Source: Octopus sinensis (taxonomy: Eukaryota). Taken from it: a stretch of DNA of 64,000 nt. The translations under genes and the position numbers were made by a program. Under the pieces are notes generated by a model, which was given only the letters and a program-made list of their open reading frames with translations, had not been told where the DNA came from and searched no databases. The stretch lies in contig NC_043002.1 in the NCBI RefSeq assembly GCF_006345805.1, positions 46,810,001-46,874,000 of the forward strand, in the 5' to 3' direction. The first letter of the stretch is position 1. Every line of letters begins with the position of its first letter. Below, piece after piece: positions 36,920 to 50,904 of this stretch.

Positions 36920-37917
36920 CTAATTATAGAAAAACATTAGAAAAAGGAAAGTATTAACAGAGATAATGAAGGAGACAACCATAAAGTGATATGGATTATA
37001 AAATAAACAAACAATACCTGAAAAATATTAGATTTTTCTATCTGGAAGACAAAGGAGAAGTTTCAGGAATTTTAAGGGTTCTGATATTATTTGATTGGTA
37101 GAATTAATAGAGGGACAGACAACATGCTTTGTGGTGTCTAGTTATGTCCCTTTATCTTCTGAGTTCAAATTTCACTAAGGTTGACTGTTGTTCATCTTTC
37201 TGGAAGGGTCCAATAAAATAAAGTGAGTTGATTTATGTCACTAGGTCCTTTCCTCAGAATTGTGACCCTGTGCCTATGCTAATTTTATGAAATAGAAGGA
37301 ACCATGAAGTTTCTTTGACACATAACTAATTTAAATTTAAAGACAAGTATTTTTTAATAAAAACTTTCATGTTACCATACTATTTACCAAATAATGAAGG
37401 AGCTTCTAAATGGTAGTTTGGTATGCTAGAAATAGCAGCCAAATATCCCTAAAATCAGACACTACTGTTTTAAAAAGAGGGTGGATGGCTAATGTATTCA
37501 AGGATATATGTTTGAAAACATGGTAGAATAATTACAAGTACACTGTCCTAAAGCTTATGTCCCCTTGATCAGGGATGACCTGAGGCTGAACTTCTTAGAT
37601 ATTTACAAAGTTGAAGTGGTGAAGGACAAATAAAAAAAAAAAATGGAAACTCTAGTTGCTTCTTGTTACATATATAATAGGGGTACAATTCAGCATACAA
37701 AGCATGCTGATAGATTTTGGTTGATGACAATATTTTTATGCAGTTCTGAACAGATGAGGAAACATCAGAACATGTCTATAGTTTACATATCTGAGACAGT
37801 ACAACTGCTATATATACAAACAATCTTAATCACATGCAAAGAATCTCCAACTAATGTGAAAAAACAAAAACAACAAAAAAAAACACACACACAAAAAACA
37901 AAAACAAAAAAGGGACT

Positions 37918-38360
37918 ACTCATCACTGTAAGACATCACAACCACAAGCCTACAGGTATTCTATATCCTCTCTTTGATTCTTCAACCACTATCAGAGCAG
38001 ACCATGCTCGTTTGAATCAGCAACTTGTGTACTTTGTCAAGTCTACATCTGCTGCCTCCCTTACTTCTATGAAACTCATCTTGCTATCATCATTCACAGT
38101 CTCTTCACTCATTCCTTCCATTCAGTGTATCATGTTACTGATAGTATCCTATATATCCAACCATCATCCTCTCTTTACTTCCAGCCACCACTCTCTCTTT
38201 CACAAGCCATTTGCAATTGATAACTATTATTCACTCTTAGCACTGTTCACCTCTGCTTCTGTTACTAACCCTCCATCACCAATCATGCTGCTCCTACACT
38301 CGCTACCTCCAGTCACCCATCCAGGTCCTTTTTTTGTCATGACTCTCTATTCTATCTAGC
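37918..38360 (-). mobile_element. Decayed LINE ORF2 fragment (RTE-like EN-RT linker)
   Basis: Purine-rich minus strand translates with stops as ...ETVNDDSKMSFIEVREAADV..., resembling RTE linker sequence. Confidence 0.45.
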
Positions 38361-38584
38361 TTTTTTGGTCATTTGTCCAACCAAAACGAAACATACATAT
38401 GAAACATGGTCCTCCAGCCAATGCAGAAGAGCAGTAACTCTGAATAAGAACTGGCTCGGACTGTAATGACACATACAACCCACACCAATAGGGAAAACAG
38501 ACTAACAAAAAAAAAAAAAATACAGCAAAGTAACACCTCTGCTTAAAAGATCTAAAGTACCTTTTCCTTTAATATTGTTAACTT

Positions 38585-38960
38585 GACCGTATCTCACCAT
38601 TCCTAAACCTCATACTAGATATTCTTCTAAGCCTTCTTCTCCAGAACTGCAATCCTCTGAATTCCTTCCCTGTGAAAGTTTTCCAAGATACGTTGATCCA
38701 CAGACACTAAATCTAAACATCAACAGCATTGATCTCACCAGCTTAGAGAGGACCTTGCAGTTTTCCTTGTATTCAGTAATGTTGCTAGGGGAGGGGTGAT
38801 TTGCTCTAGGCAATGCTTTTATGGGTGGGAGAGAGGCAGCACTTTTGGATCTGCTGTATAAGTCTATATAGGTTTGGAGCCCTAGGGGTAGGTGTGTGAC
38901 AAAACTCATGAACTGGCCTGCGTGCTACACACTCTAGCTACGACTCAGCCTGAATTAAGT
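38585..38960 (+). mobile_element. CR1/Jockey-group LINE 3' fragment
   Basis: LTIPKPHTRYSSKPSSPELQSSEFLPCESFPRYVDPQTLNLNINSIDLTSL resembles CR1-type ORF2 C-terminus. Confidence 0.55.
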
Positions 38961-39829
38961 ACTAACAACGGATTGGCCATATCGTTAGAATAGTGAACAA
39001 AATGCTTTGTGATATTTAGTGATGAATCTGGGTTCAAATCCTGACGGAGTCAACTTTGCATTTCATCTTTTAAGTTCGATGAAAGAAAGTACCAATCAAG
39101 TACTATGATGATATATTCAACTTTACCCTTTGTTAACTTGTAACTAAGTTAGAAATCCCTTCTATTTCATGTGTCTTCGTGTTAATACAAATAACGATTT
39201 AAAAAGAAATTATAGTTTAAATTAGATGTAATGAAAGTTTCTTCAGTAGAATTTCCCTTAGTCACAAGATTATAACTTATTCGTAATTTTCCTGAAGGTT
39301 AAACTTGTGCAACATGCATTTTGAAAACATTGTTGGAAGACTGACTGTACATCAAAAGAAAAGTTCGGCTACAAGAACTTTCATTCATTCAATATTATAG
39401 CGTATATTACTACATGCCTGAAAAATTATCTTCCTTAGATCTCAACGCGCTAACTTCCCTTTTCTTGAAAGTTTACTTAAGATTGATCCATGTTATTTTG
39501 TTTTTAAACTCAGTGTCAACCATGATTGAATGGACCTATGATCAAAAGCATTCCAGCCATGACCACTCCAGCTTTTTACACCCATCTTTACATGATCGCT
39601 CATTTCTTGAAAAGAATAGATACATTATTTAATGTGTCTGTTTTTTTCAACAAAGTAGGGTACAATCTATAGATATTTGGCTATGATTTCTTGCAAGTCA
39701 AATGATTACAGGGTAGCTTCTACAATGATAGTTCCTCAAAGTAGTCCCACAAGGTGTGTTATATTACAATAATATAATAACTGAAATACAAAGAGACCTA
39801 ATGACAAGCTTGAAATAGTGAGGACTAAC

Positions 39830-39935
39830 CAGATCGTTTAGAATCATTTGGTTTAATACAACGAACATAAGAAGGTTCTTTTGACATCAGATTTTCCATA
39901 AGTTGATTAAGGCTGACCTTGAACTGTGTTGCTGC
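39830..39935 (-). CDS. MYO1C: Myosin I motor exon [35 protein letters not shown](D)
   Basis: 106 nt, phase 0/1; poly-T acceptor ending cag, donor gttagt; YVRCIKPN. Confidence 0.97.
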
Positions 39936-40880
39936 CTGAAAAAAAAAAAAACCAAAACATTATATAATTATTTGTGAAATAAGGAATATTTTGGAGTTTA
40001 TTAATATAAGAATTTGAATTAGAATCAAATGTATATGCTAGATAAAAATGAAACCAAAACAGACTTATTTGCAACATAAGGAGCATTTCGGATTTTATTC
40101 ATTTAACAATAAAATTAGGATTGAATGTACATGCCCAGTAAAAAATGAATCCATAAAAGAATTATTTGTAAAACGGGGAGCATTTTGGAATTTAATCATT
40201 TAGCAATAGAATGTACATACCAAATAACAATGGAACCAAATATTTAAATAAAATATCCACCAGTTTTACTAGCAAAACTGAATTTTTTTTAGTAATATTT
40301 TCATTATTTCTATTTTAACCCCAAAAGGTTTCAATTTTTAAAATGAATGACAAACAAAAATATGTATGACATTTTTCCTTTCTTGTATGAAAATTTATAA
40401 AATAAAATGGAAAAGTTCACAGTAGAAAAAATATCCTTCTTAAATTGTCAAATGGTTTGAATAAACATAGAGAACTAGCACTCCGTCAGTTATTATGATG
40501 AGAGTTTCAGTTGTCCGATCAATGGAACAGCCTGTTCATGAAACTAATGTGTAAGTGACTGAGCACTCGACTGACATGCATACCCTTAATGTAGTCCACA
40601 AAGAGATTCAGCATAACACAGCTGTGACAAAGCTGGCCTCTTTGAAATACAGGTACAACTTATTTTGGCCAGCTGAGTGGACTGAAGCAATGTGAAATAG
40701 AGTATTTTGCTCAAGGACACAATACTTGGCTGGTAATTGAACTTATGACCTTATGATTGTGAGCTAAATACCCTAACCACCAAACCATATGCCTTCACAA
40801 ACATAGAGAGCTTCTGTACAAAATCTAAACTTCTTCAATGTCAGTTAAATGTTCTTTAACAAATTTCCTAATATCCTTAA

Positions 40881-41103
40881 CTCTTTTGATATCAACTGAC
40901 CTGGGACCACCCTTGGTTCTAAAATATATATTTCCTATCTAAAGAGATATAAATTCAAATTTCCCATTAAAATTCCATGTTAAAGTATATTCCAAACATC
41001 AGCATAATATTAACAAAGTTATTTTACCAAATTCTTCATAATTTTAAAAATTAATTGAAATAATAAGCATGTATTTCAACAGAAGTATGGTAACAAAAGC
41101 GTT
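40881..41103. mobile_element. piggyBac-type MITE, same family as 54045-54264, opposite orientation
   Basis: TTAA|CTCTTTTGAT...GGTAACAAAAGCG; right end decayed. Confidence 0.7.
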
Positions 41104-41231
41104 CCGACTAAGCAGTTAACTTAAAATAGTTAACAATTCAGAATTAAGTTTCAGAGCTATGTCAGTCTTGTCATTTACCAGAGCAAGGAGTGGATTAAAA
41201 AAAATGAAAAGTTAAGCAATATATGATATAT

Positions 41232-41462
41232 ATTTCTTTACTACCCACAAGAGGCTAAACACAGAGGGGACAAACAAGGACAGACAAACAGTTTAAGTCG
41301 ATTACATCGACTCCAGTGTGTAACTGGTACTTAATTTATCGACCCCGAAAGGATGAAAGGCAAAGTCGATCTCGGCGGAATTTGAACTCAGAACGTAACA
41401 GCAGACGAAATACAGCTACGCATTTCGCCTGGCGTGCTAACGTTTCTGCCAGCTCGCCACCT
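41232..41462 (-). mobile_element. SINE family B, young
   Basis: Near-identical to the 33485 and 61507 copies. Confidence 0.9.
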
Positions 41463-41680
41463 TTGGTTGTGATAATATATGATATAACTCATCAAATGCT
41501 TACTTATTAGATAATTTATATTTTATCTGTTACTTGTTTCGGTCACTGACTCCATGCAGAGGCACTGCCTATCAGAGTTTAGTTGAACAAATTGATTTGA
41601 TTCTAATATTTATTTTATAGTCTGGTATTTATCCTATTGACCTTTTTGCTAAATTGCTAAAGTATGAGTAATAGCTGAAC

Positions 41681-42086
41681 CATGGACACATTGAAACTCC
41701 GACGTCTGGCAGCTGACTTCGCAGACACCCATAAAATTATTAACCACCTTACAAACAATAATGGACATGTTTACAAAGTCAGAAAACAGCACAGCTCCCA
41801 TGACTTTTGAAAACATTTTTTCACGCTAAGAGTTGCTGAAGCATGGAACAAACTGCCGGCATCAGTTGTTAGTTGTCGGAGCACTGCATCCTTCAAAACT
41901 TCCATGCTTCCTGAGATTCGCCAACACTACACCTGATTTTCTCCCCTCCATACACATGCAAGTATGTATCTGACACATACACTGTTCGCTTTCCAGACAT
42001 TTGTACATTACTGCATATACTTTATATGCACTTTTGACAAGTTGTGGTGCACCTGAGCACTGTATACAATAATTTCATTATATATT
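41681..42086 (+). mobile_element. CR1-type LINE 3' end
   Basis: MDTLKLRRLAAD...KHFFTLRVAEAWNKLPASVVSCRSTASFKTSM, typical CR1 ORF2 C-terminus (FF..RV...WN.LP), then 3' UTR ending caataatttcatta. Confidence 0.85.
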
Positions 42087-42480
42087 ATTTATATCTGATG
42101 ATTGTTAAATCATTCTACCACCCATGGAAGGTTCTTTAGCATGAAACTGTTCAGTAATATGAATTGGCTATTATGAGACTAAATTTATAATGCTGTATGA
42201 ACAATACACCCACTCTATTACCTAATAAATAATTGCCTGATTTTTCCTGAGTTATGAAAACTTACTGGACAGCTATATATGTGAGTATGTTTGTTTGTGA
42301 TGTAGAGAGATAAATAAGTCTACAATCCCAAATTCAAGAATACTGTAAAATTCTAAAAACTAGCAGTTAAAATTTTTTAATTTCACTTTCTCATAAAAAA
42401 AAATCTTAACTGATGATAAATTTCAATCTAAACAAAGGACACAGTAACAGTTTCAAATTCAAGCCTTAAGAAATACATAC

Positions 42481-42561
42481 AGTTTCTGGTCTTTTCTTGC
42501 TGATAAGTTCTTCCTTCTGAAAACATAATGCAATTATTGGATTTGTTGCTGTACACATCAC
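42481..42561 (-). CDS. MYO1C: Myosin I motor exon VMCTATNPIIALCFQKEELISKKRPET (loop 2 region)
   Basis: 81 nt, phase 0/0; acceptor ctctcttcag, donor gtatgt. Confidence 0.95.
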
Positions 42562-42659
42562 CTGAAGAGAGAGAAAAAAAAATATATATGTAGAGATAAA
42601 ATGTATCAACACCACTAGAATAAATTAGCAATTTTCTTTTTATATCATAAGCATTTAGG

Positions 42660-42912
42660 TCGATACAGCTTGGCAACTCATTTCTACAGTTGAGTGAACT
42701 GGAGCAATGTGAAATAAAGTGTCTTGCTCAAGAACTGGTGCCAAGCTGTACTGGCCTTTGTCTTTCCCTTCGATAACATCAGTGACATGGAGAGGGGAAA
42801 CTGGTATGCATGGACAACTGATGGTCTTCCATAAACAACCTTGCCCAGACTTGAGCCTTGGAAGGTAACTTTCTAGGTCCAATCCAATGGTCATTCATGA
42901 CTGAAGGGGTCT
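42660..42912 (+). mobile_element. SINE family C, rearranged partial copy
   Basis: Matches the 3' half of 18910-19243. Confidence 0.8.
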
Positions 42913-44607
42913 TTACTTATAAGTATTTAGAAACTTTGAGAGAACATGAAATTATTTGTTTTTAATTGTAGAACTAAAGTTCTACAGTTAAAAAAAACCC
43001 TGATTATTTCATGTTCTATTGAAGTTTCCAAATTCTTATGATGTAAACAACATACAATTATCTGGTAAGAACAAAGCTTCTAAAATGAACAATGAATTTT
43101 GAAGGATTGTTTTGGTCCAATGGTAGAAAGTCAGTCATGATTACAGAAGATGTGGGTCCCAGAGGCAGCCTTCAACTTTTCTATCCACAAGGGTTTTTGA
43201 CCCAGTATTTACGCCTATTATTTATAGCTTTATCTCATTTGAATTCTGCAGTTAAAAACTCTTCTAGTCAAGGTAGTGCCCATAGCCCTTTACAGGGTCT
43301 CCAAGACTGACAGGAAGGAAGGAGGAAGTAATCTTCAAGCCAAAGACCTAGTCTAAATGCTTGCAATAGAGTGGTGTTTACATAAGGCATCGCAGGTGTT
43401 AGATGGTAGTGTTAAACTGATTGTCGAATTAACCCAAACAGACCATGGTAGGATTTGAACTTAGAACACAAAAGGACTGGAACAAATGCTGCAAGGCATC
43501 CAGTTTAATCTTTTCAGTTCTGCCAATCCACAGCTCAACATTGATACTTTTCTTTCTTTCTGAACCTGAAAGGTTGAAAGCAAAGATGACCACAGCAGTA
43601 TTTGAACTCAGTGAATAGAGTCAAAACAAATAATACGAATGTGAGGTATACTTGCCATCTCAATATGGCTAACCACTAAGGGTGGGTGTTACTGTAGCTT
43701 GTAGCCCCAGGAGAACATCGTCTCCAGCTGGCTTTAGGCACACTTTCTGTGCCCTTATGGTATTTGCAAAGGGAGGTCACCCTTCCCTCGTCAACCTAAG
43801 TATGAGAAATGATTGGGGCAGAAGAGCCAGGAGTATGGGTGGATGGAGGCAGCAAGATTGTATGAGGGAGAGAGATTTATTAAATAATATGAAGTATTTT
43901 TCTTAATGCTAAAATGACTCTGCTGATTCTTACAACATAAAAGAAAATATATGTGCTTATTTCATCACTGAATGTCTATGCTCCATGTTGGCATGGGTTG
44001 GACAGTTTAACAGGATCCAGTGAATCCAAGGACTGCTTCATGCTCCAGTGTTTGCTTTGGCATGGTTTCTGCGGATGAATGCCCTTTCTAATGCCAACCA
44101 CTTAACAGCAGATGCTGGGTGCTTTTTGCTAGCTGCCAGTACCAGTGTGGTTGCCATGTGGCTCACAAGACTATAAAACTAGACAGGGTGGCTTTATGCT
44201 AGGACAGGATGAGTAAAGTTATGAGAAGGGGCCAGTGCAGAATAGATTTCTTGCTACAGAGGAGCCATATGGCAACTCACATTTTAGAAGGGAGTGTGGG
44301 AGTAATTGGGTGGAGCTAGAAAGAGATAAATATAGGGGTGACGAAATATCTGGATGGACTCTCAAGGTATGAGAAATGATTGGGGCAGAAGAGCCAGGAG
44401 TATGGGTGGATGGAGGCTGCATGAGTGTATGGGGGAAGAGAGAGATGGGAAATGTATATGATGGAAGGGAGGTAAGTGACAAGTGTAAAGATTGGGAAGT
44501 CGAAAACGAACATCATATAATTGTCGATGATTATCAAAGAAAATTGTAAATCAGAATAAAATTTAATATCACACAGTAGTAATATCAATAAATTGTATAT
44601 AACTTAC

Positions 44608-44703
44608 TTCTTTTAAGTCTCGGTAGAGAAGGTCATTATTTTTATCTAAAAATCCTTTGACATTATATGTAACCTCTCCAGCATAATGGATCAGACGAAA
44701 TTG
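44608..44703 (-). CDS. MYO1C: Myosin I motor exon [32 protein letters not shown]
   Basis: 96 nt, phase 0/0; acceptor tattttgctag, donor gtaagt; HYAG and FLDKN motifs. Confidence 0.97.
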
Positions 44704-44863
44704 CTAGCAAAATAATAATGGATCAAAAGTTAAATGAACAATTAAGGAATATATGAAGCTTTTTGGATATTATAGTTTTTAGAAACAGTACCAATTTCTT
44801 CAACTCAGGTATTTTTTATTGTTAATATTATTTTAATGAAATTATGCAAAAACCATCAAAAGT

Positions 44864-45376
44864 ACCGTAAATCCTCAAGTATAATCTGCATTTTTTCCCC
44901 AAAATTTAAAGGTCAAAATCCCTAATGTGTACTATATACGAGATTAGAAAATGAAAAATATTTCTAAGCAATGTCTGAGTCTCTATTTGCTGTCCAGCAA
45001 TGTTTATTCAGACGCATTTTGTGATGTCGGGCGCGAAAATACCTTAAGCTAAGCCTAAAAGCAATGAAGTCATAAAAGAATCATTCATAACTTGCAGTAA
45101 GCAACATTTATTAAACGTTACTACTGTTATTTCTTTATTTTCTGCAAACAAAATGCGCAAAAAAGCTACATGTTTGCATCATGTTATATATATAATAATA
45201 ATAAAGGATGTTATCGTATATATTTTTACAAACCAAGGATGTTATATAGACCTCCTTGACTCAAGTTAGAGAAAGGGTGCGTATTATACACAAGGTTTAG
45301 GTTTTTCAGAGGTACAACCCCCTAAAGATCCCCTGCATATTATACTCAAGGGCAGACTATACTCGAGGATTTACAG
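44864..45376. mobile_element. Tc1/mariner (pogo/Tigger-like) MITE
   Basis: TA|CCGTAAATCCTCAAGTATAATCTGC ... GCAGACTATACTCGAGGATTTACAG|TA. Confidence 0.85.
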
Positions 45377-46449
45377 TAATCTATTTTTAACCAATTATCT
45401 TAATAGGATCTGAGCTAAAGTTAGTAACAACTTGCTCTATTATTTAGATAATAATGTATTAGATAATAGTATAACATTTTGCAATCTCTCTTTAAATTCA
45501 TTGTCTTTTCTTAAGGGTTAGTAATGATGTTCACACTAGTGTGCATAGCAGCTTTTATTGTTTAAAGGTATATCTCTGAATATGATTCAGCTTCTTAGTA
45601 CTTATATATCTTACATAATTTAGGCTAAAAACCTCGCTTAGTGAAAGTAGATCATACATTTGCACTTGTATATGCAGACATAGATAAGCTTTTTCTCAGG
45701 AAGATTGGCAGTTATCCATACATGGGATTTTTTCTTCTCTGTGCCACTTAGACATGTGCAGTATTTTGGCTTTGTTTTGTGTTTTCTATTGTATTGTTGT
45801 TGCTAACGTTTGTTATAAAACTGAATTTTTACCATGTGTATTATTGAGAAAATAATTTTATTTTATTTTATTTATTTTTTTAAACTAATAAATGGTTTCA
45901 GAATATCTAAAGGTCCATTCTCCACTATTATTCTGAAATTTTTTGACATTTTTATTGTGTACACATACTACTGTAAACATCCAATTTGTTTTGCTTATTA
46001 ATAGTTTAATATAGCTATCTCTAAGACAGCTGGTGGGAGTACTAGTCACTAAGATGATAGCAACAAATATACCCCACCAACCAATTTTTGAAAACACAAC
46101 ATAAAAACATAAAAGTAAATTTAATAACAAATAAAATTAATAGAAAAAAATTACAAACAGTTATAAACAAAGACAGTTAAAATTAGACATATAAAAATAA
46201 GTGGTGAAAATGCAGACTTGAATGACAATAACAAACGCACTGACAACAACAATAACTCATTCCTTGCCAGAATTACAAGCCAAAATAAGATATTAGACAC
46301 TAGTCAACTCCAGACAAAAACAAAAAAACATAGGTGTAGTATGTTGTAAAAGTGAGTGCTTCTTTACAAAACAAAATTACATAAGAGAAAACAAAAAGGG
46401 AAATGATTTAGCTTTAATTTTCCATAAAGCAAATCTTGGCTTTCATTTA

Positions 46450-46715
46450 TGCTTTTAAAAACGAAGTTGGAGAAATCACTGGCCAATTGACTGCAGCAAG
46501 GGATATAGAAGCATGTGTCTGATCTTTAAGACCATGGGTAATGTAAAGAGATAGGCAGAGCTGGTATGCCAGGTACTTGTGGACAGGCATTAGGAAAATA
46601 GGGTCATGGCCAGAAATATTGGTATTCACAATGCCTCTTGATTTGTCGTCCTCTTTTTTCTCAGTATGATCAAGTAATGATTGCAGAGGTGACCTGTGAC
46701 AACACAAAGCCAGAG
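46450..46715 (-). mobile_element. Decayed LINE endonuclease fragment (CR1/L2-like)
   Basis: SLLDHTEKKEDDKSRGIVNTNISGHDPIFL resembles the LDH...SDH end of APE endonucleases. Confidence 0.45.
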
Positions 46716-46744
46716 AGTAGACTCCACTCTACTCTCACTCAATC

Positions 46745-47121
46745 TCTCTTTTACTCTTTTACTTGTTTCAGTCATTTGACTGCGGCCATGCTGGAGCACC
46801 ACCTTTAGTTGAGCAAACAGGCCCCAGGACTTGTTCTTTGTAAGCCTAGTACTTATTCTATTGGTTTCTTTTGCCAAACTGCTAAGTGATGGGGACATAA
46901 ACACACCAGCATCGGTTGTCAAGCAATGCTAGGGGACAAACACAAACATACACACACACACACGCACATATATACGATGGGTTTCTTTCAGTTTCCGTCT
47001 ACCAAATCCACTTACAAGGCTTTGGTTAGCCCGAGGCTATAGTAGAAGACACTTGCTCAAGATGCCCCGCGGTGGGACTGAACCCGGAACCATGTGGCTG
47101 GTAAGCAGGCTACTTACCATA
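46745..47121 (-). mobile_element. SINE family A, young full-length copy
   Basis: CpGs intact; complete tail, (CA)n centre and head. Confidence 0.9.
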
Positions 47122-47934
47122 CATTATTTTTATATGCGCATCTCCATTGTAACATTTTGTAATGTATATATGAGCCTCTGGGACTAATAAAATATTATTA
47201 CTATATATTAAAAGAAATCATCATTATTATTGGTGCTGTTATCAAAAGTAATACTACAGGGAAGTTGAAATGGTAAAGTGCAAGACATTCCAAAGTTCAA
47301 ATGCCATCAGATCTGAATTGGTATTTCATTTCTTTGCGTAAGTCAATAAAATAAGTATAAATCATGTAGCAATTTGACTGACTGACAATAACTATTCCCC
47401 ATAAATGTGAGGTTTCTGCCAAAAAATGTTTTTTAAAAAAGGCCTTTATTACTACTTAAAACTTGAAAGTTTATTTTTCATATTTTTCTAATTCTACACC
47501 TGAAAAGTTTTCAAATGCAAGTTTCTTAAGTGACAATATTGTAGATGCACAATAGATCTCTTTATATAGCAGACCATAGGAAAATCAGTATGGCCAGAAA
47601 ATAAAGTCAGCACTGCAAACTAACAAATCACTTTTTAATTTTACAATCCTGCAACAGTTCAGAGCAGTAAGTTGTTTCAATCTTGTGACACTTATTCTTT
47701 TATGTAGAGAGACTAATCCATTTGAAAATTTGTTTTGGCTATGAACAAAATTCTGAATTCTATGCACTTTTAATATGATATAGTTAAAAATATCTAAGGT
47801 AATGTAGAAATATTACAAAACCATTTTAAGAAGTAGTTGGAGTAGTCCAAACTACAGTAGATATATAAAGGTACCAAGAAATTTGAGCATGTGCATATGC
47901 ATGCACATAACTATAGCCAATGAAAGCTGGTATA

Positions 47935-48451
47935 TCTATATATATAAAACTGTAGTTGTGTGAGTGTCTGTCTCCTACGATTTAGATTCCTAACTCCTCC
48001 CACATTTTGCGGTGCAGTTTAACCAAATTCGGGTAGCTTATAGTCGTGATTAATATCGAGCCCGTCTGGCTATTAGCGCGCGTCTACGATGAGTCTACGA
48101 TTTTAAAAATAATTTAACATCATTTTTTATTCCATTTTAATGCATAATTTTTCGTGTGTCGATGGCGGCGGAGTTGGCGTCCACGCTCAAACACCTGCAC
48201 CTGTGTTTGCTTCTCCCCCTTCTTCCCTCCCTCGTGAAGCTGTGGGGAAGGGAGTTTAAGGAAATCAACGTCGTAATGCGTTGTCAAGGAGACCAGCGTT
48301 CTTTTAGAACAACGACTTCATGGTTTGAAGACACCAAAACAGAAATGGCTAAGAAAGCCTGAATTGGCATCTATAAAGGAAGTAACTCTCTAAAAATGCT
48401 TATATAGTTATTTCCCTTACAAACCCAAGCAACGCCGGGCGATACTGCTAG
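47935..48451 (+). mobile_element. Non-autonomous Helitron
   Basis: A|TCTATATATATAAA start; 3' end cccaagcaacgccgggcgatactgCTAG|T (subterminal hairpin plus CTAG, inserted between A and T, no TSD); CpG-rich. Confidence 0.85.
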
Positions 48452-48871
48452 TACATTAATATAAATAGTATTACTGGACCCTAAAGTAGAGAAAGTAGAT
48501 TTAAAGCTAGAATGTAGATGATAAATAGAAAACAAATGAGCTCATATATCTTGAGCTGAAATGCACATCATTGTATCATAAATGCCTCCTAGCTGCTGAG
48601 AATATGCATCCAATCAACTAAAAATTGTCTGAAATAAACAGGTGTCTTATCAAGTAGATTCAATTCAACTTTTGCCATTTGAATCCATGGAATTACAGCT
48701 AAATAACAACACTTTAACCACCCACCTCTCTGAAGATTAGGATACATTTATAATAAATAATTCAGTTAAATTTCAGTGATCTGAATTTTGCCAAAATTGA
48801 GATGAATATAAAGACAAAAGCAATTATTTAAAATAGAAAATAGAACAATATTTCTTAAAATTTCAACATAC

Positions 48872-49009
48872 ATCCCGTTCAATTGTTTTTCTTGTTGCAG
48901 TGTCTGCTGATACATGAGATATAAAATGTGCATGGTCCTTGTGAGTCTGAGATAGCTTGTCTAAGAAAGTCAGATCTGTTGGATCTCCAGGACGAACACA
49001 TTCTTCATC
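48872..49009 (-). CDS. MYO1C: Myosin I motor exon [46 protein letters not shown]
   Basis: 138 nt, phase 0/0; acceptor ctttatttcag, donor gtatgt. Confidence 0.96.
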
Positions 49010-49452
49010 CTGAAATAAAGTAAACATAGTCTACTTGTTAGAAATAAGAAATTTTATAGAGAATTACTTTGATCAATTTGTCAGTGTGTATTTATGACAT
49101 ATTAATGAAAGGTCAGGCAAAAAAAAAAAAGAAAAAAAAAATATTTGTAGTTACTATCATTTTGCAAGTCAATTTACAATTTCTTCAAGATAACTTTCAT
49201 TAAAATCATGATTCAAAATGCAATCAATTATGGTTAATTGTTTGAAGTCTCTGGATGCATATTTACTAGCAGTACTATCTCATAATGCCTAGTTGACTAG
49301 TAGAGATGACTAAAATAGTAGTTGCTAGTATTAATGTTTTATTGAATTTAATTCCGTCTCCTTTTGATTCTGAGTTCAAGTTGCAGTGAAAATTGAATTA
49401 AATTTTCAGTCATGAAAACCAATAAAAAAATTCCATAACATACTGAAATATA

Positions 49453-49491
<39 letters not shown>

Positions 49492-49522
49492 ATATATATT
49501 TTAAATATATATATATTTTATA

Positions 49523-50500
49523 TCATCATTATCATTTAACGTTTGTTTCCATGCTAGCATGGGTTGGATGATTTGACTAAGGACTGGCGAACCAGATGAC
49601 TGCACCAGGCTTCAATCTTGATCTGGCAGAGTTTCTACAGCTGGATGCCCTTCCTAACGCCTACCACTCTGAGAGTGTAGTGGGTGCTTTTATGTGCCAC
49701 CGGCACAAGGGCCAGTCAGGTAGTACTGGCAATGGCCATGCTCAAATGGTATTTTTTACATGCCACCTGTACAGGAGCCAGTCCAATGGCACTGGCAACG
49801 ACCTTGCTCGAATGATTTTTCACGTGCCACCAGCACAAGTGCAAGTAAGGCAATGCTGGTAATGATCATGCTGAATGGTGCTTTTTATGTGCCACCGGCA
49901 TGCAAGCCAGTTAGCTGCTCTGGCAACGATCATGCTCGGATGGTGCTCTTAGTGCTCCACTAGCACGGATGCCAGTCATCGAATTTGATTTCGATCTCAC
50001 TTGCCTCAACAGGTCTTCGCAAGCAGAGTTTAGTGTCCAATGAAGGAAATATATGCATAAGTGGGCTGGTTACACTCCTGTCATAGGCCATGAGGTCATG
50101 GTCTCACTTGGCTTGCTGGGTCTTCTCAAGCACAGCATATTTCCAAAAGTCTTGGTCACTAGTTATTGCCTCGGTGAGGCCTAATGTTCGAAGGTCGTGC
50201 TTCACCACCTCATCCCAGGTCTTCCTGGGTCTACCTCTTCCACAGGTTCCCTCAACCGCTAGGGTGTGGCACTTTTTCACACAGCTATCCCCATCCATTC
50301 TCGCCACATGACCATACCAGCGCAGTTGTCTCTCTTGCACACCACATCTGATGCTTCTTAGGTCCAACTTTTCTCTCGAGGTACTAACACTCTGTCGAGT
50401 ATGCACACTGACATCACACATCCAGTGCAGAATACTGGCTTCATTCCTTGCAAGCTTACACATGTCCTCAGCAGTCATGGCCCATGTTTCACTGCCATGT
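49523..50500 (-). mobile_element. 5'-truncated RTE-clade LINE
   Basis: ORF 50104..50556 LHGSETW...LRWYGHVARM...GRGRPRKTW; long 3' UTR and (TGA)n tail; 5' end abuts (AT)n. Confidence 0.92.
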
Positions 50501-50506
50501 AGCATG

Positions 50507-50559
<53 letters not shown>

Positions 50560-50904
50560 TTGAGAGAGAGAGAGAGAGAGAGATAAAGAGAGAGAGAGAT
50601 TTGTTAGTGCATTTTACATCCGTGTTTCAATGTTAGAATGGTTGAGAGAAACATATTATTGAGGCTTGACAGCCAGCTGCTCTTCCTAACAATAACCCTT
50701 ACCTGTTTTTCAAGTGACGCATTTCTTATTTCACATGACTTCAAAGTTGTGAAGTGAGCAGACAGTTTATTGAGAGGGAAAGTAACACTACAACGTAACT
50801 TATACAACTGACTTTGTTGATTCCAAATGTAAAGAAACAGATTCATGCATACACACAAACATATGTATATATGTGTATTTGTGTGTGTACATACAGAAAT
50901 ACAC

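Noticed and set aside
37643-38359. Longest ORF in the track (238 aa, +)
   Set aside because: Low-complexity S/L/H/T-rich product; it is the antisense read of a purine-rich decayed LINE plus an A-rich run.
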